From assembly GCF_000737315.1 (NCBI RefSeq), contig NZ_JMCB01000005.1, positions 20,001 through 82,000 of the forward strand: a stretch of 62,000 nucleotides of DNA, read 5' to 3'. Under the pieces are notes generated by a model that worked only from the letters and a program-made list of their open reading frames with translations, was not told where the DNA came from and ran no database searches. This stretch comes from Hyalangium minutum (GTDB lineage Bacteria; Myxococcota; Myxococcia; Myxococcales; Myxococcaceae). Positions 33,733-44,761 of this stretch are shown in pieces; the stretch's first letter is position 1; the number at the start of each line of letters is the position of its first letter. The position numbers were made by a program, and so were the translations under genes.

Positions 33733-35985
33733 CTACACCGCCGGAGGTCCAGGCGGTGTCTCCGAGGTCCTGCGAGGGAGGCTCACCGTGAACAGCGCTC
33801 CCTGGCCGGGCGCGCTCTCCACCTGGATGGTGCCGCGCATCGCCTCGACGATGGTGCGGGTGATGTAGAGGCCCAGGCCCAGGCCTCCATAATGGCGCTC
33901 GGACACGGCGCGCTCGAAGCGGTCGAAGATACGCTTCAGGTGCTCGGGCGCGATGCCGATGCCCTCGTCCTTCACGCGCAGCACGGCGCGGTGTTGATCG
34001 GCCTCCAGGGTGACATGGAAGGGCTTGCCGGCGCCGTACTTGATGGCGTTGTCGACCAGGTTGGTGATGACCTGCTCCAACCGGAGCCGATCCCAGCGGC
34101 CCGTCACAGCCTCGGGCGCCGCCTTCAGCACGAGCTTCGAGCCCACCCGCACGGCCTCGGGCTCGTAGCGCGCCACCACCTCGCGGACGAGCGCCCCCAG
34201 CTCCACCTCCTCGAGCTCCAGCCGCAGCCGCCCGCCGACGATGCGGGACACGTCGAGCAGATCACTCACGAGCTCGGACAGCTTCTTCACCTGCCGGGAA
34301 CCTACGGCGATGTAGTCCTCCACCGCGTGGCGGAGGGGCGAGTCCGGCTGCCGCCGCACCTCACGCATGAGCATCTGCAGCTTCAGGCTCAGGGGGGTGA
34401 GGGGCGTCTTCAGCTCATGGCTGGCGATGGAGAGGAACTCATCGCGCAGGCGGATGGCATCCTGGGCCTCCCGGTAGAGCCGGGCGTTCTCGACGGAGAG
34501 GGCGGCGCGCCGCGCGAGCTCCCCCAGCACGGTGAGCTCCGCGGGCGTGTAGCGCCGGCCGGAGTGGGACATGGAGAAGGTGAGCACCCCGAGCGTTCGC
34601 CCACGCGCCACCAAGGGCGCCGAGATCAGCGAGCGGATGCGCGTAGCGGCCAGCTGTTTTGCATGGGCCTCGTTCAGCGCGATCTCTTGAGGCGAGAGGT
34701 CCGCGAGGAGGACCGGCCGGCCTTCGGTAATGGCCTGAATGACGGGGTACCGGGGGTTGCCGTCCCGGGTGACGATGGTGCACCGGATTTCTTGTGCGAG
34801 CGCATCATCCTCGGGATCCGTGCACACGGCCTCGACCCGCTTGAACGAGCCATCCGCCTGCATCAGGTCCACCAGGCACCAGTCCGCGAGCGACGGCACG
34901 GCGAGCCGGGCCACGTTGCGCAGGGTGGCCTCGTAGTCCAGGGACGAAGCCAGCACGGCGCTCGCCTCGGAGAGGAAGCGCGCGTTCGACTCGGCGCGCT
35001 TGAGCTCCTCCTCGGCATGGCGCTGCTCCGTCACGTCCCGCTGGGTGCCCCAGGCGCCCAGCAGCAGCCCATCGCGGACGATGCCCACCAGGTTGTTGAG
35101 GAAGACCTTGGGCGTGCCGTCGTGGGCCAGCTCCCGCGACTCCGCGTCCTCGATGCGGTAGCCGTTCTGGAGGAAGCCCCGGAGGTACTCGAGATTGCGG
35201 GGATCCTCGCGGACGAGCAGCGCGTCCAGCCGCGTGCCGATGAGCTCCGTGGCGCTGTGGAAGCCGTACATCCGGGCCATGGCGTCATTGCACTCGGCGA
35301 TGTGCGTATTCCGGAAGACGAGGTCGAGCTGCTCGTCCACTGGCACCGTGGTGGGAATGGGAGGGCATACGTCCACACGGTAGATGCCCTCGGTGCTCTT
35401 GGTGACGAAGGCCCGGTAGCGCTCCTCGCTGCGCTTCAGCTCGGCGGCCAGCGCCTCCGCCTGCTGGCGCGCGCGGACGATGGCCGTGACTTCGAAGCCG
35501 AAGCTGGCGATTCCGTCCACGTTGCCCTGGGCGTCTCGCGTGGGCTGATAGATGAAGTTGACGAAGCGCTCGCTCTGCGAGCCGTCGGGATGGGTCACCT
35601 TGACGGGCATCTGCTCCGCGGAGAAGGGCTTGCCTGTCGAATAGACCTGATCCAGGAGCGCGACGAAGCCCTGAAACACGGCTCCGGGCAGGGCCTCGTG
35701 GAAGGGCTTGCCCAGGAGCTCCCGGTGGCCCAGCGCCTCGGTGTTCCTCGGATTGGAGAGCACGTAGACGTGCTGGGGGCCACGGAACAGGGCGATGAAG
35801 GCAGGTGCCTCCATGATCAGGTTTTCGAGGCGGACTCGCTCGGCCGCTGCTTCGCGGCGGGCCTGGCGCTCGCGTTCCAGCAGAACGGCCTGCTCCTCGG
35901 GACTCGGGGGCTGCGGGGGATCACGCGTCGGCACGGAGGGGCTCCCTCCGGCGGGCATAGCACCCATGCCCGCGGCCCATGTCAC
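33733..35985 (-). CDS. PAS-PAS-GAF sensor histidine kinase
   Basis: Two PAS-like regions, GAF (LAVPSLADWC...SAPLVARGRTLG), SHELKTPL, DNAIKYG, DEGIGI, GLGLGL; start uncertain (35985 or 35958). Confidence 0.9.
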   Translation of the reverse strand: MTWAAGMGAMPAGGSPSVPTRDPPQPPSPEEQAVLLERERQARREAAAERVRLENLIMEAPAFIALFRGPQHVYVLSNPRNTEALGHRELLGKPFHEALPGAVFQGFVALLDQVYSTGKPFSAEQMPVKVTHPDGSQSERFVNFIYQPTRDAQGNVDGIASFGFEVTAIVRARQQAEALAAELKRSEERYRAFVTKSTEGIYRVDVCPPIPTTVPVDEQLDLVFRNTHIAECNDAMARMYGFHSATELIGTRLDALLVREDPRNLEYLRGFLQNGYRIEDAESRELAHDGTPKVFLNNLVGIVRDGLLLGAWGTQRDVTEQRHAEEELKRAESNARFLSEASAVLASSLDYEATLRNVARLAVPSLADWCLVDLMQADGSFKRVEAVCTDPEDDALAQEIRCTIVTRDGNPRYPVIQAITEGRPVLLADLSPQEIALNEAHAKQLAATRIRSLISAPLVARGRTLGVLTFSMSHSGRRYTPAELTVLGELARRAALSVENARLYREAQDAIRLRDEFLSIASHELKTPLTPLSLKLQMLMREVRRQPDSPLRHAVEDYIAVGSRQVKKLSELVSDLLDVSRIVGGRLRLELEEVELGALVREVVARYEPEAVRVGSKLVLKAAPEAVTGRWDRLRLEQVITNLVDNAIKYGAGKPFHVTLEADQHRAVLRVKDEGIGIAPEHLKRIFDRFERAVSERHYGGLGLGLYITRTIVEAMRGTIQVESAPGQGALFTVSLPRRTSETPPGPPAV

Positions 35986-36013
35986 CCAATTGGGGAGTCC
36001 TACGGATTCTCAA

Positions 36014-38113
36014 CTACTTGCGCAGGAGGGTGCCCTCGAGGAAGAAGGCAGCGCACGCGGCGACGATGAGCCATGTCCACAAAGGCACTTTGGGGCGCTC
36101 CGCGTCGCTGCTGGAGGCCTTCACGGTCTCCTCGCCGAAGTAGGCCGTGAGGGTATCTGTCGGGACCCGCGTCAAATCACTCTCGGCCGGATCCAGCGTC
36201 ACCGGGAAGTCGAGCGCCTGGAGCGGCTTACCCTCGGCGCCCAGCACGGCATGCAAGCCCGGCTCGTTCAGAGGTCCTGCCACGAGGCTGCCATCCGGCT
36301 GCGCCTTTACCGGGAGCTCAGTCCCATCCGGCGTACGGACAGCGGTGACGGTCTGGCCCGTCTCGGGCCGCATCGTCACGGACTCACCCACGCGCACGCG
36401 CTGCTCGGCGCGCTCCTCGAGCGAGCCGGTGAGGTACGCGGCGAAGCGCTGCATGAGCGGGAGGAAGCTGGTGCGGATGGCGAAGTCGCTCCAGTCGCGA
36501 TCCACGGTGCTGGTGAAGACGGCCACGCGGCCCTTCCCCCGGCGGGCCACGGCCACCGCGGGAGCCCCATCCTCATAGGTGGCCAGCACCTGGCTGGTGC
36601 CAGCGGCCGCGGGGTTGTCCGCCTCCAGGAGCATGTACTTGTAGAAGCGGGCGCCAATGAGGCCCTCCTCGGCGCGGCCGGTGAAGGGCGAGAACAGGGG
36701 GTGCTCCACCTGCACCTGCGCCAGCTTCGCGGACTGGGTCTCCGCGTCGGGGTCTTCGCGCTCCACGCTGGTGCGCACCAGGCGCAGTGGCCGGGGCAGC
36801 AGCGCACCGAGCCGCGAGTTGTACGCGTCCGGGTCCACCCGGTCGCCCATGCTCACGAAGAGGCCGCCGCCCGCGTTCACGAAGGCGTTGAGCCGCTCCG
36901 CGTCCTCCTTGCTCGGGGCGGGCACGTTGAGCATCAGCACCAAATCGTAGGCGGAGAAGTTCTCCCTCAAACCTGCCTCCGTGTCGCGCACGGCCACCTC
37001 CACGGGAGAGCCCGGGGCGGACAGGGCCGCCTCCACGAAGAAGGCCTCGTCCCGGTAGCGCGTGGCGTGCGGCGAGCCGTTGATGACCAGGGCCTTGAGC
37101 GCGCGCGGCACCGGCAGTACGAAGGCGCGCCGGTCGTCCTCGGGGAGCTCGTCCGGCGCGAGCGTCACCGAGCCCTGCGCCGTGCCACCCCGGGCGAAGC
37201 GCACCGTGAGCGTCTTCTGCGCGGTGCCGTTGGCGGGCACGTCCACGAAGCCCTTGGCGAGCGTGGACTCGCCCTCGCGCACGGCCGCCTCCAGGTCCTT
37301 CAGCGCCTCCGGGCCGTAGTTCTTCACCGTGAAGGTGAACTGGAAAGCACGGGGTCCGGCCTGCAGCGCGGGCTCGATCTTGAGGTCAACCAGCGCGTGG
37401 TTGGGCAGCACGTCCTGGCCGGACACCACGTCACGCAGCACCACCTCGGGCCGCACCAGCTTGCCGGTGGGGTCCTTCACGGTGGGCGGCGGGGCCTCCA
37501 GCCGGAACGCCGTGGCGGTCATGTCGGAGATGAGCACCAGCCGCTTGCCGGGCGTGGGGTTCTCCTCCAATGCGCGCGCGGCCATGTCCATGCAGCGCGA
37601 CAGGTCCGCGGTGCCATAGGTGGGCTTGGCCTCGTCGATGAGCGCCCGGAGCCGCGCGCGATCGAAGCCGAGCGGAGGCGGCGCGGTGGGCGTGCTCGTG
37701 CACACCAGCACCGTGGAGGGCTCATCGGCCTGCAGGTCCTTCAGCGCATCCCGCGCCTCATCCCGGCCGCGCTCGAAGAGCGAGGAGTCCTTGCCCCACC
37801 GCATGGAGAGCGAGGCATCCAGCACCACGGCGGTGGCGGCGGGGCCCTTGGCGACAGCCGCGGCCTGGGCATCCTGTCGCAGCTCGGGCCGGGCCAGCGC
37901 GATGGGGATGGCCAGGAGGATGAGGGTGCGGAGGATATAGAGGAGGAGCCGCTTGAGCTTGAGCCGGCTGGCCGTGCGCTTCTGGCTGCGCAGCACGAAG
38001 GCCATGGGCGGGAACGGATGGGGCCGGGGCCGCCGCCGGTCGAACAGGTGCACCAGCAGGGGGATGAAGGCGCCGAGCGCGCCCCACAGCATCCACGGAT
38101 TGCCGAAGATCAC
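36014..38113 (-). CDS. BatA/aerotolerance N-terminal domain plus vWA protein
   Basis: IPLLVHLFDRRRPRPHPFP BatA motif, VLDASLSM MIDAS, LISD, C-terminal ESDL plus TM anchor; GTG start overlaps the DUF58 stop. Confidence 0.85.
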   Translation of the reverse strand: MIFGNPWMLWGALGAFIPLLVHLFDRRRPRPHPFPPMAFVLRSQKRTASRLKLKRLLLYILRTLILLAIPIALARPELRQDAQAAAVAKGPAATAVVLDASLSMRWGKDSSLFERGRDEARDALKDLQADEPSTVLVCTSTPTAPPPLGFDRARLRALIDEAKPTYGTADLSRCMDMAARALEENPTPGKRLVLISDMTATAFRLEAPPPTVKDPTGKLVRPEVVLRDVVSGQDVLPNHALVDLKIEPALQAGPRAFQFTFTVKNYGPEALKDLEAAVREGESTLAKGFVDVPANGTAQKTLTVRFARGGTAQGSVTLAPDELPEDDRRAFVLPVPRALKALVINGSPHATRYRDEAFFVEAALSAPGSPVEVAVRDTEAGLRENFSAYDLVLMLNVPAPSKEDAERLNAFVNAGGGLFVSMGDRVDPDAYNSRLGALLPRPLRLVRTSVEREDPDAETQSAKLAQVQVEHPLFSPFTGRAEEGLIGARFYKYMLLEADNPAAAGTSQVLATYEDGAPAVAVARRGKGRVAVFTSTVDRDWSDFAIRTSFLPLMQRFAAYLTGSLEERAEQRVRVGESVTMRPETGQTVTAVRTPDGTELPVKAQPDGSLVAGPLNEPGLHAVLGAEGKPLQALDFPVTLDPAESDLTRVPTDTLTAYFGEETVKASSSDAERPKVPLWTWLIVAACAAFFLEGTLLRK

Positions 38114-38991
38114 CGACGCCTCCCGCGCCGCCCGAGGAACCGCAGCAGCACCTCGTCCAGCCGCTCGTCCGTGCGCACCAGCTCGTAGTCCACGTCCGCC
38201 TCGGCGCACGCGGACTTCACGTTGGCCAGGAAGGCGCCGAACTCTTCCAGGTAGCTCTCCTTGATTTCGCGCGGGTTCACCTCGACGCGCGCATCCCCCT
38301 CCATGTCGAGGAAGAGGGTGGGATCATCGAAGGGGAAGGTGAGCTCGGCGGGATCCACCACGTGGAAGAGCACCACGTCGTTCTTGCGCTGGCGCAGGGC
38401 GAGGATGCGCTTGAGCGCGTCCTGGTTCTCGTCCAGTAGGTCCGAGAGGACGATGACGGTGGAGCGGCGCGGGAGCACCTCGGCGAGGTGATCCGCGGCG
38501 CTGACCAGGTTCGTCGTTCCCTGGGCCTGGGTGCGCTCCAGCGTGTCCAGCAGCACGTTCAGGTGCCCGGCGGAGGCGCGCGGCGGCACGTCCTTGAACG
38601 CATTGCCCACCATGACCGCGAGCCCGGCGGCATCCTGCTGGCGCACGAGCAGGTAGCACAGCGCTCCGGCGAGGATGTTGGCGACCTCGAGCTTGGAGAG
38701 CGCGCCGCTGCGGTAGCCCATGGAGGCGGACGCATCCACCACCATGACCGAGCGCAGGTTCGTCTCATGCTCGAAGCGCTTGATGTAGTACTTGTCGAAC
38801 TTGCCGTAGGCCTTCCAGTCCAGGTGGCGCAGCTCGTCGCCGGGGGCGTACTCCTTGTGCTCGGCAAACTCCACGCTCTGGCCCTGGTGGGGGCTCTTGT
38901 GGAGGCCGGAGAGCACGCCCTCCATGACCGCGCGGGCGCGCAGCTTCACTCCCTGCAACCGGGACAGCGTCTGGGCGTCGAGCAGCGCCAT
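38110..38991 (-). CDS. DUF58 domain protein
   Basis: GLHKSPHQGQSVEFAEHKEYAPGDELRHLDWK, VDASASM. Confidence 0.92.
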   Translation of the reverse strand: MALLDAQTLSRLQGVKLRARAVMEGVLSGLHKSPHQGQSVEFAEHKEYAPGDELRHLDWKAYGKFDKYYIKRFEHETNLRSVMVVDASASMGYRSGALSKLEVANILAGALCYLLVRQQDAAGLAVMVGNAFKDVPPRASAGHLNVLLDTLERTQAQGTTNLVSAADHLAEVLPRRSTVIVLSDLLDENQDALKRILALRQRKNDVVLFHVVDPAELTFPFDDPTLFLDMEGDARVEVNPREIKESYLEEFGAFLANVKSACAEADVDYELVRTDERLDEVLLRFLGRRGRRR

Positions 38992-39003
38992 GGAACCCCG
39001 CGG

Positions 39004-40035
<1,032 letters not shown>

Positions 40036-40184
40036 AAGGGGGTTCTCTTAACCTTGGAGGGGCGCGGGGACCATCGGTTTCCGCAGCTCCTGTCCGTGGC
40101 GGACGTAGCGAGGCAACCCTTGAAGGGCGCGCCTATTCCGTCCCTCCTGCTGGGTAGGAGCGCGCCGCGAGCTCGGGTGCCTGC

Positions 40185-41204
40185 TCACCCAGGGGCTGCA
40201 CCCTCGGGAGGCTCTTCGGGGAGCTGGAGGTCCTCGATGCGAGAGAAGGCATCGAGAATGGCGCGGGCAATGATGGAGCGGCCGGCGACGAGCCCACGGA
40301 CGTGCCCTCCTTGGAGGTAGCGCAGCTCCGCGCCGCGCCAGTGCTGCAGCAGGCGCAAGGTGGAGGCGGAGGGAACGAACCCATCCTTCCGCGCGGCGAC
40401 GATGATGGCGCGGCGAGGGTTCGGCAGGGGCGCGAGCTGGGTGACGGAGAAGCCCTCGAGCAGCTCGGCCAGCCGCTGGCGCGCGGCCTCCGGTCCTCCA
40501 CAGGTGCGGCCCAGGGTCTCCCAGTCGGGCAGGGCGGACAGCACTCCCTGCGTGAACACGGGCGCCGCCGAGTGCGCCACGGCCACGGGGACGACGGCCA
40601 GGGGCAGAGGGAAGAAGCACGCGGCGTAGGCGGCCATGCTGCCGCCCATGCTGTACCCGGAGATGCCCACCTTGGGGTGGCCCCGCGCCAGCAGCCAGCC
40701 CAGCAGCGCCACGGCCTCCACCGCCGTCGCCCGGCCCATCAACAACAGATCTGCCACCGTGCGCAGGGCCTCGCCCTTCTGCCCGGGAGGACGGCGCGAT
40801 CCGTAATAAGGATTCTCCAGCAGCACCGCCCCCATGCCCGCGGCGAGCAGCGGCTGGGCCAGGAAGCGCCTCAGTCCAAACCCATGGTCTCCAGAGGAAG
40901 CCAGGAAGAGGCACACCGGGGGGCGCGGCCCGGCTTTGACGGGGAGCAGGAGCTGGAAGCGGGCCTCGGCGGACGCGGTGGGCAGAGGTCCTACCGCCGC
41001 AGGGCTCGGGAAACGTCCCTCCTGTACCCACAGTCCGCCCTCACGCCGTGACGCACCCAGCGTCACCTCATGAAGCTCGGGGAGTGCGAAACCCTGAGGC
41101 CCCCGGCTGAGCCGCTCGAGCAGGGCCTGAGAACCCCACCCCTCCTCAAAGAAGGGGGGCCGGCGTGACATCAGCCGCCCCGCCAGGGCATCCATCCAGT
41201 GCAT
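40185..41204 (-). CDS. alpha/beta hydrolase, ABHD18/DUF2048-like
   Basis: FFEEGWG, ASSGDHG, LENPYYGSRRP, GYSMGG nucleophile, KDGFV, GGHV. Confidence 0.82.
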   Translation of the reverse strand: MHWMDALAGRLMSRRPPFFEEGWGSQALLERLSRGPQGFALPELHEVTLGASRREGGLWVQEGRFPSPAAVGPLPTASAEARFQLLLPVKAGPRPPVCLFLASSGDHGFGLRRFLAQPLLAAGMGAVLLENPYYGSRRPPGQKGEALRTVADLLLMGRATAVEAVALLGWLLARGHPKVGISGYSMGGSMAAYAACFFPLPLAVVPVAVAHSAAPVFTQGVLSALPDWETLGRTCGGPEAARQRLAELLEGFSVTQLAPLPNPRRAIIVAARKDGFVPSASTLRLLQHWRGAELRYLQGGHVRGLVAGRSIIARAILDAFSRIEDLQLPEEPPEGAAPG

Positions 41205-41716
41205 GCGCCCACCTACTCCGAGGTTCAATTTGCCACAACGTGAGAAAGACAGGGTGGGTCAGCGCAAGAGGATCACTTCACCCGAAGCAGCGTACATACC
41301 GGAGATTCCTGAAGAAAATGCGCTTTGTGACCTGGTGGACTGAAAATCTCACCCACGAGGGATTTCCATGGGTCTGAGTACACCCGGGTCAATTTTTCCC
41401 CGTCCTTCCGTTCGGTTCAGCAGAATCTTCCAGGAACCGGCCAGATCTCTGGCACTCAGCGGAAGGGTCGCCAAAAACCCCCCGGGTTTTCTTTTACCCC
41501 GTGCCGCAAAGCATGGAAATGAAAGACAGCAAGCGACACGCACCCAGAAAAAGCGTCAGGGAAATCCGTTGATAATGGAAATTCAACTTAGACGGGTCCG
41601 TGGAGTGTTTCTGGCCTCCAATAAACTAAGATGAGAGGGCAGGCAGGAGGGCCGAAAGGTCTCTCTCGGGGGGAACTGGACGGGTGACGCAACGCCGCAT
41701 CCGCCCTCCGAGGTTG

Positions 41717-41733
41717 AGGGCACAGCGGTTGCA
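41717..41733 (+). promoter_or_regulatory. sigma54 (-24/-12) promoter for the monooxygenase gene
   Basis: AGGGCACAGCGGTTGCA: exact GG-N10-GC spacing with GGCAC and TTGCA, about 85 nt upstream of ATG 41818, preceded by about 490 bp of relatively AT-rich non-coding DNA. Confidence 0.75.
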
Positions 41734-41817
41734 AACTCCTTCAGCCAGGGCGCGGGAGCTCGCGCCAGCAGCACCCGCCGCTCGTCATCTTCGACTCACT
41801 GGATTCCCGGAGGCACC

Positions 41818-43203
41818 ATGCGCCGTATCGCCATCATCGGTTCTGGACAAGCAGGACTCCTCGCCGCGCATGCGCTGCTGAAGGCCGGTTATGAGGTGAC
41901 GCTCTATTCGGATCGCACTCCTGAGAAGTGGTTGAACGAGAGCAAGCCGACTGGATCCGCCACCCGCTTCGATATGGCGCTTCAGTTCGAGTACGAGCTC
42001 GGCCTCAACTCCTGGGAGAACGACGCACCTTGGGGTGAGGGCGCTCACATGACGCTCTGCCCGGTGCCGGGCAACCGCATGCTCACCCTGGCGGGCCGCC
42101 TGCGCCGGCCGTTCCTTGCCATTGACTTGCGGCTGCAGAGCTACCACTGGATGCACGAGCTCACCAAGCGCGGCGGCAAGATCGAGATCGAGTCCGTCTC
42201 CATCGAGCGCCTGGAGCAGATCGCCGCCCAGAATGATCTGACCATCGTGGCCACGGGCCGCGGTGACATGACCAACCTCTTCGAGCGCAACGCCGAGCGC
42301 AGCGTCTACGACAAGCCGCAGCGCCACCTGGCCATGGTGTGCGTGAAGGGCCCGCAGATGGGCTTCGACGGCATCCCCATGCTGGGGCTGAAGTACAACG
42401 TCCTTGGCCCTCTGGGTGAGGCCTTCTGGATCCCCTACTACCACAAGGATGTGGGGCAGAGCTGGAACCTCGTCTTCGAGGCCCGCCCGGGCAGCGCGAT
42501 GGACCGCTTCGAGGGCTGCAAGACGGGTGAGCAGGTGCTCGAGATCGGCAAGCAGGTCGTCAAGGAGTTCGTCCCCTGGGACTACGAGTGGCTCAAGGAC
42601 GCCGAGCTGTCGGACTCCTACGGCTGGCAGGTGGGGAAGTTCGCTCCCACGGTTCGCAACCCAGTGGGCCGGCTGCCCTCGGGCCGGCTGGTGGCGGCGG
42701 TGGGTGACACGGCCATGTCGCTGGACCCCATCGGGGGCCAGGGCGCCAACAACGGCAACAAGATGGTGCGCAACATGCTCGAGTGCATCGTCGCCCATGA
42801 GGATCGGCCCTTCGACGCCCAGTGGATGACGGACACCTTCGAGCGCTTCTGGGCCCGTCACGGGTACTGGACCAGCGTCCACAACAACGGGATGCTGCAG
42901 CCGGGCTCGGCCGCCCTGCGCGACCTGCTCTTCGCTCAGTACGGCAGCGATGGCCGCTTCGACAACAACACCGGCGCGCAGCGGCTGGCCAACGCCTACG
43001 TCGAGAACGGCAACGACCCGGCGATGCTCACGCCCACCCTCCAGGATCGGCGCAAGACGCACGAGTTCATCGAGAAGACGACGGGCATCTCGTGGATCCG
43101 CGCCATCGCCAGCGGAGCCATGGGTGTGGCGCGCGAGGAGTTCCGCCAGTGGCGCGGGCTGGAGCCGCGTCACCCGCTCGTGGCCGCGTACAAGGTGGCC
43201 TGA
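41818..43203 (+). CDS. Styrene/indole monooxygenase family flavoprotein (StyA/IifC-like)
   Basis: IAIIGSGQAG, YSDRTPEKW...PTGSATRF, AIDLRLQ, TIVATGRG, GDTAMSLDPIGGQGANNG. Confidence 0.85.
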   Translation: MRRIAIIGSGQAGLLAAHALLKAGYEVTLYSDRTPEKWLNESKPTGSATRFDMALQFEYELGLNSWENDAPWGEGAHMTLCPVPGNRMLTLAGRLRRPFLAIDLRLQSYHWMHELTKRGGKIEIESVSIERLEQIAAQNDLTIVATGRGDMTNLFERNAERSVYDKPQRHLAMVCVKGPQMGFDGIPMLGLKYNVLGPLGEAFWIPYYHKDVGQSWNLVFEARPGSAMDRFEGCKTGEQVLEIGKQVVKEFVPWDYEWLKDAELSDSYGWQVGKFAPTVRNPVGRLPSGRLVAAVGDTAMSLDPIGGQGANNGNKMVRNMLECIVAHEDRPFDAQWMTDTFERFWARHGYWTSVHNNGMLQPGSAALRDLLFAQYGSDGRFDNNTGAQRLANAYVENGNDPAMLTPTLQDRRKTHEFIEKTTGISWIRAIASGAMGVAREEFRQWRGLEPRHPLVAAYKVA

Positions 43204-43221
43204 GTACGCGGCCAGAGGAGG

Positions 43222-43249
43222 GGGGAGCCCACCCTCAGCGGGGCTCCCC
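43222..43249. terminator. Hairpin between convergent genes (probable bidirectional terminator)
   Basis: GGGGAGCCC-N10-GGGCTCCCC; no U-tract, so weaker evidence. Confidence 0.55.
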
Positions 43250-43285
43250 AGCTCGCCGCGCGGAGCCGAAGTCGCGCGGGTGATT

Positions 43286-44740
43286 TTAGCGGAACATCCC
43301 CGGACCCGGCGTCAGCACGGTGTCTGGGTCGTAGCGCCGCTTGGCGGCCGCCAGGTTCTCCCAGGCCGGGCCGAAGCGCGCTCGCCACTCCTCGGGAGAC
43401 AGCGTGAGGGCGGCGTGCGCGTAGTGCGTCCCCTCCCACTTCCGGTTGCGCTCGTAGAGCTCGCGGTTGTGCTGCACCATCTGCGGCACGCTGCGCTTGG
43501 CTCCTGGCGCCGCGGTCCGGAGCACACCGAACAGGAAGGAGATGTCCTCCCCCGGCGGCAGGCTGAACAGCGGGCGGGTGATGCGGCTGCGCTTGAGCAG
43601 ATAGAAGAGGACCGGGAAGTAGAAGTCCACCTCGGTGGGGGACACCTCTCGGAGCACCTCCGCGGCGAACGCGTCGAGCTTCGAGTCCGGGACGAAGAGA
43701 TCGCTCCAGGGGTGGGGCAGCGAGTACATGCCGTTCTGCCGCAGCTCCGCCAGCTGCGGAGCGAGCCGGCTCACCCACGTGGGGTACGGCAGGTCGGAGA
43801 TCGACTCGGAGCCCTGCTGGTACGACAGGCCCTTCAGCACCTGCGCATCGTCGGGACGCGACGGCTCCTTGTAGTACTGGAGGACCTGCATCCGGTGCAT
43901 CCAGCCCGTGCCGCTCCGCTCCGGCAGCGCGAAGCCCAGCACGTAGTCGATGCGCTCGTTCTCCACGGCCAGGCGCTGGTCCCGCAGCTGGGCCTCGAGG
44001 TTCGGGTAGCCCAGGTCATACAGGCGCACGTGCGTCGGCGCCTCCACCAGCTTGAGGGTGGCGCGGGTGATGACACCACACTGCCCGAGCCCCGCGAGCA
44101 CCGCCTCGAACAAGTCTTTGTTCTGCGTGGGAGAGCAGTGCACCAGCTCGCCCTCGCCCGTTACCACCTGAAGCTCCAGCACATGGTCGATCTGCAGACC
44201 TTGGCGGAAGGTGTTGCCGCTCAAGCCACCCACCGACAGGGTGCCGCCCACCGTCAGCTCCAGCAGGTCCGTGAGCACGGGCGGGGTCCGGTTGATGGCG
44301 AGCGCCCGCTCCACCACCACGCTCCAGAGGATGCCGGCATCCACGTCGATCCGATCCTCGGAGACGGAGTGCACGGCGTTCAGCGAGCGCATGTCGATGA
44401 CGATGCCCGCCTCCACCTGCGACTGGCCGTTGATCACATGCCCATTGCCGCGAGGGCCGATCTTGAGCCGGTGCTGCCGGGCGAAGCGGATCATCTGCGC
44501 AATGTCGTCGGCTGACTGGGGGCGGAGCACGGCCAGGGGCAGGCGGCTCACCATGTGCCCGAAGTCATCCGCCACTTCCGCTCGCGCTTGCGGCGAGGCG
44601 AGCAGCACTCCCTTCAGCTTCGGGAGGGGTTCAACGCCTGGGGCCGTGCCCCCCTGAGAGACCCAGCTGCGGCCGGCCGGATGAAAGCCGATGACCGCAT
44701 CCTGGGGAGAGGGATTGGAACTCGGGGGGGCGAGGCTCAC
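43286..44740 (-). CDS. FAD-linked oxidase, cytokinin dehydrogenase-like (VAO/PCMH superfamily)
   Basis: RGNGHVINGQSQ (covalent-FAD His position), LTVGGTLSVGG, VLAGLGQCGVITRA, PHPWSDLFVP, KRRYDPDTVLTPG. Confidence 0.85.
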   Translation of the reverse strand: MSLAPPSSNPSPQDAVIGFHPAGRSWVSQGGTAPGVEPLPKLKGVLLASPQARAEVADDFGHMVSRLPLAVLRPQSADDIAQMIRFARQHRLKIGPRGNGHVINGQSQVEAGIVIDMRSLNAVHSVSEDRIDVDAGILWSVVVERALAINRTPPVLTDLLELTVGGTLSVGGLSGNTFRQGLQIDHVLELQVVTGEGELVHCSPTQNKDLFEAVLAGLGQCGVITRATLKLVEAPTHVRLYDLGYPNLEAQLRDQRLAVENERIDYVLGFALPERSGTGWMHRMQVLQYYKEPSRPDDAQVLKGLSYQQGSESISDLPYPTWVSRLAPQLAELRQNGMYSLPHPWSDLFVPDSKLDAFAAEVLREVSPTEVDFYFPVLFYLLKRSRITRPLFSLPPGEDISFLFGVLRTAAPGAKRSVPQMVQHNRELYERNRKWEGTHYAHAALTLSPEEWRARFGPAWENLAAAKRRYDPDTVLTPGPGMFR

Positions 44741-44761
44741 GAGGAACTCCTTCAGGAGCTG

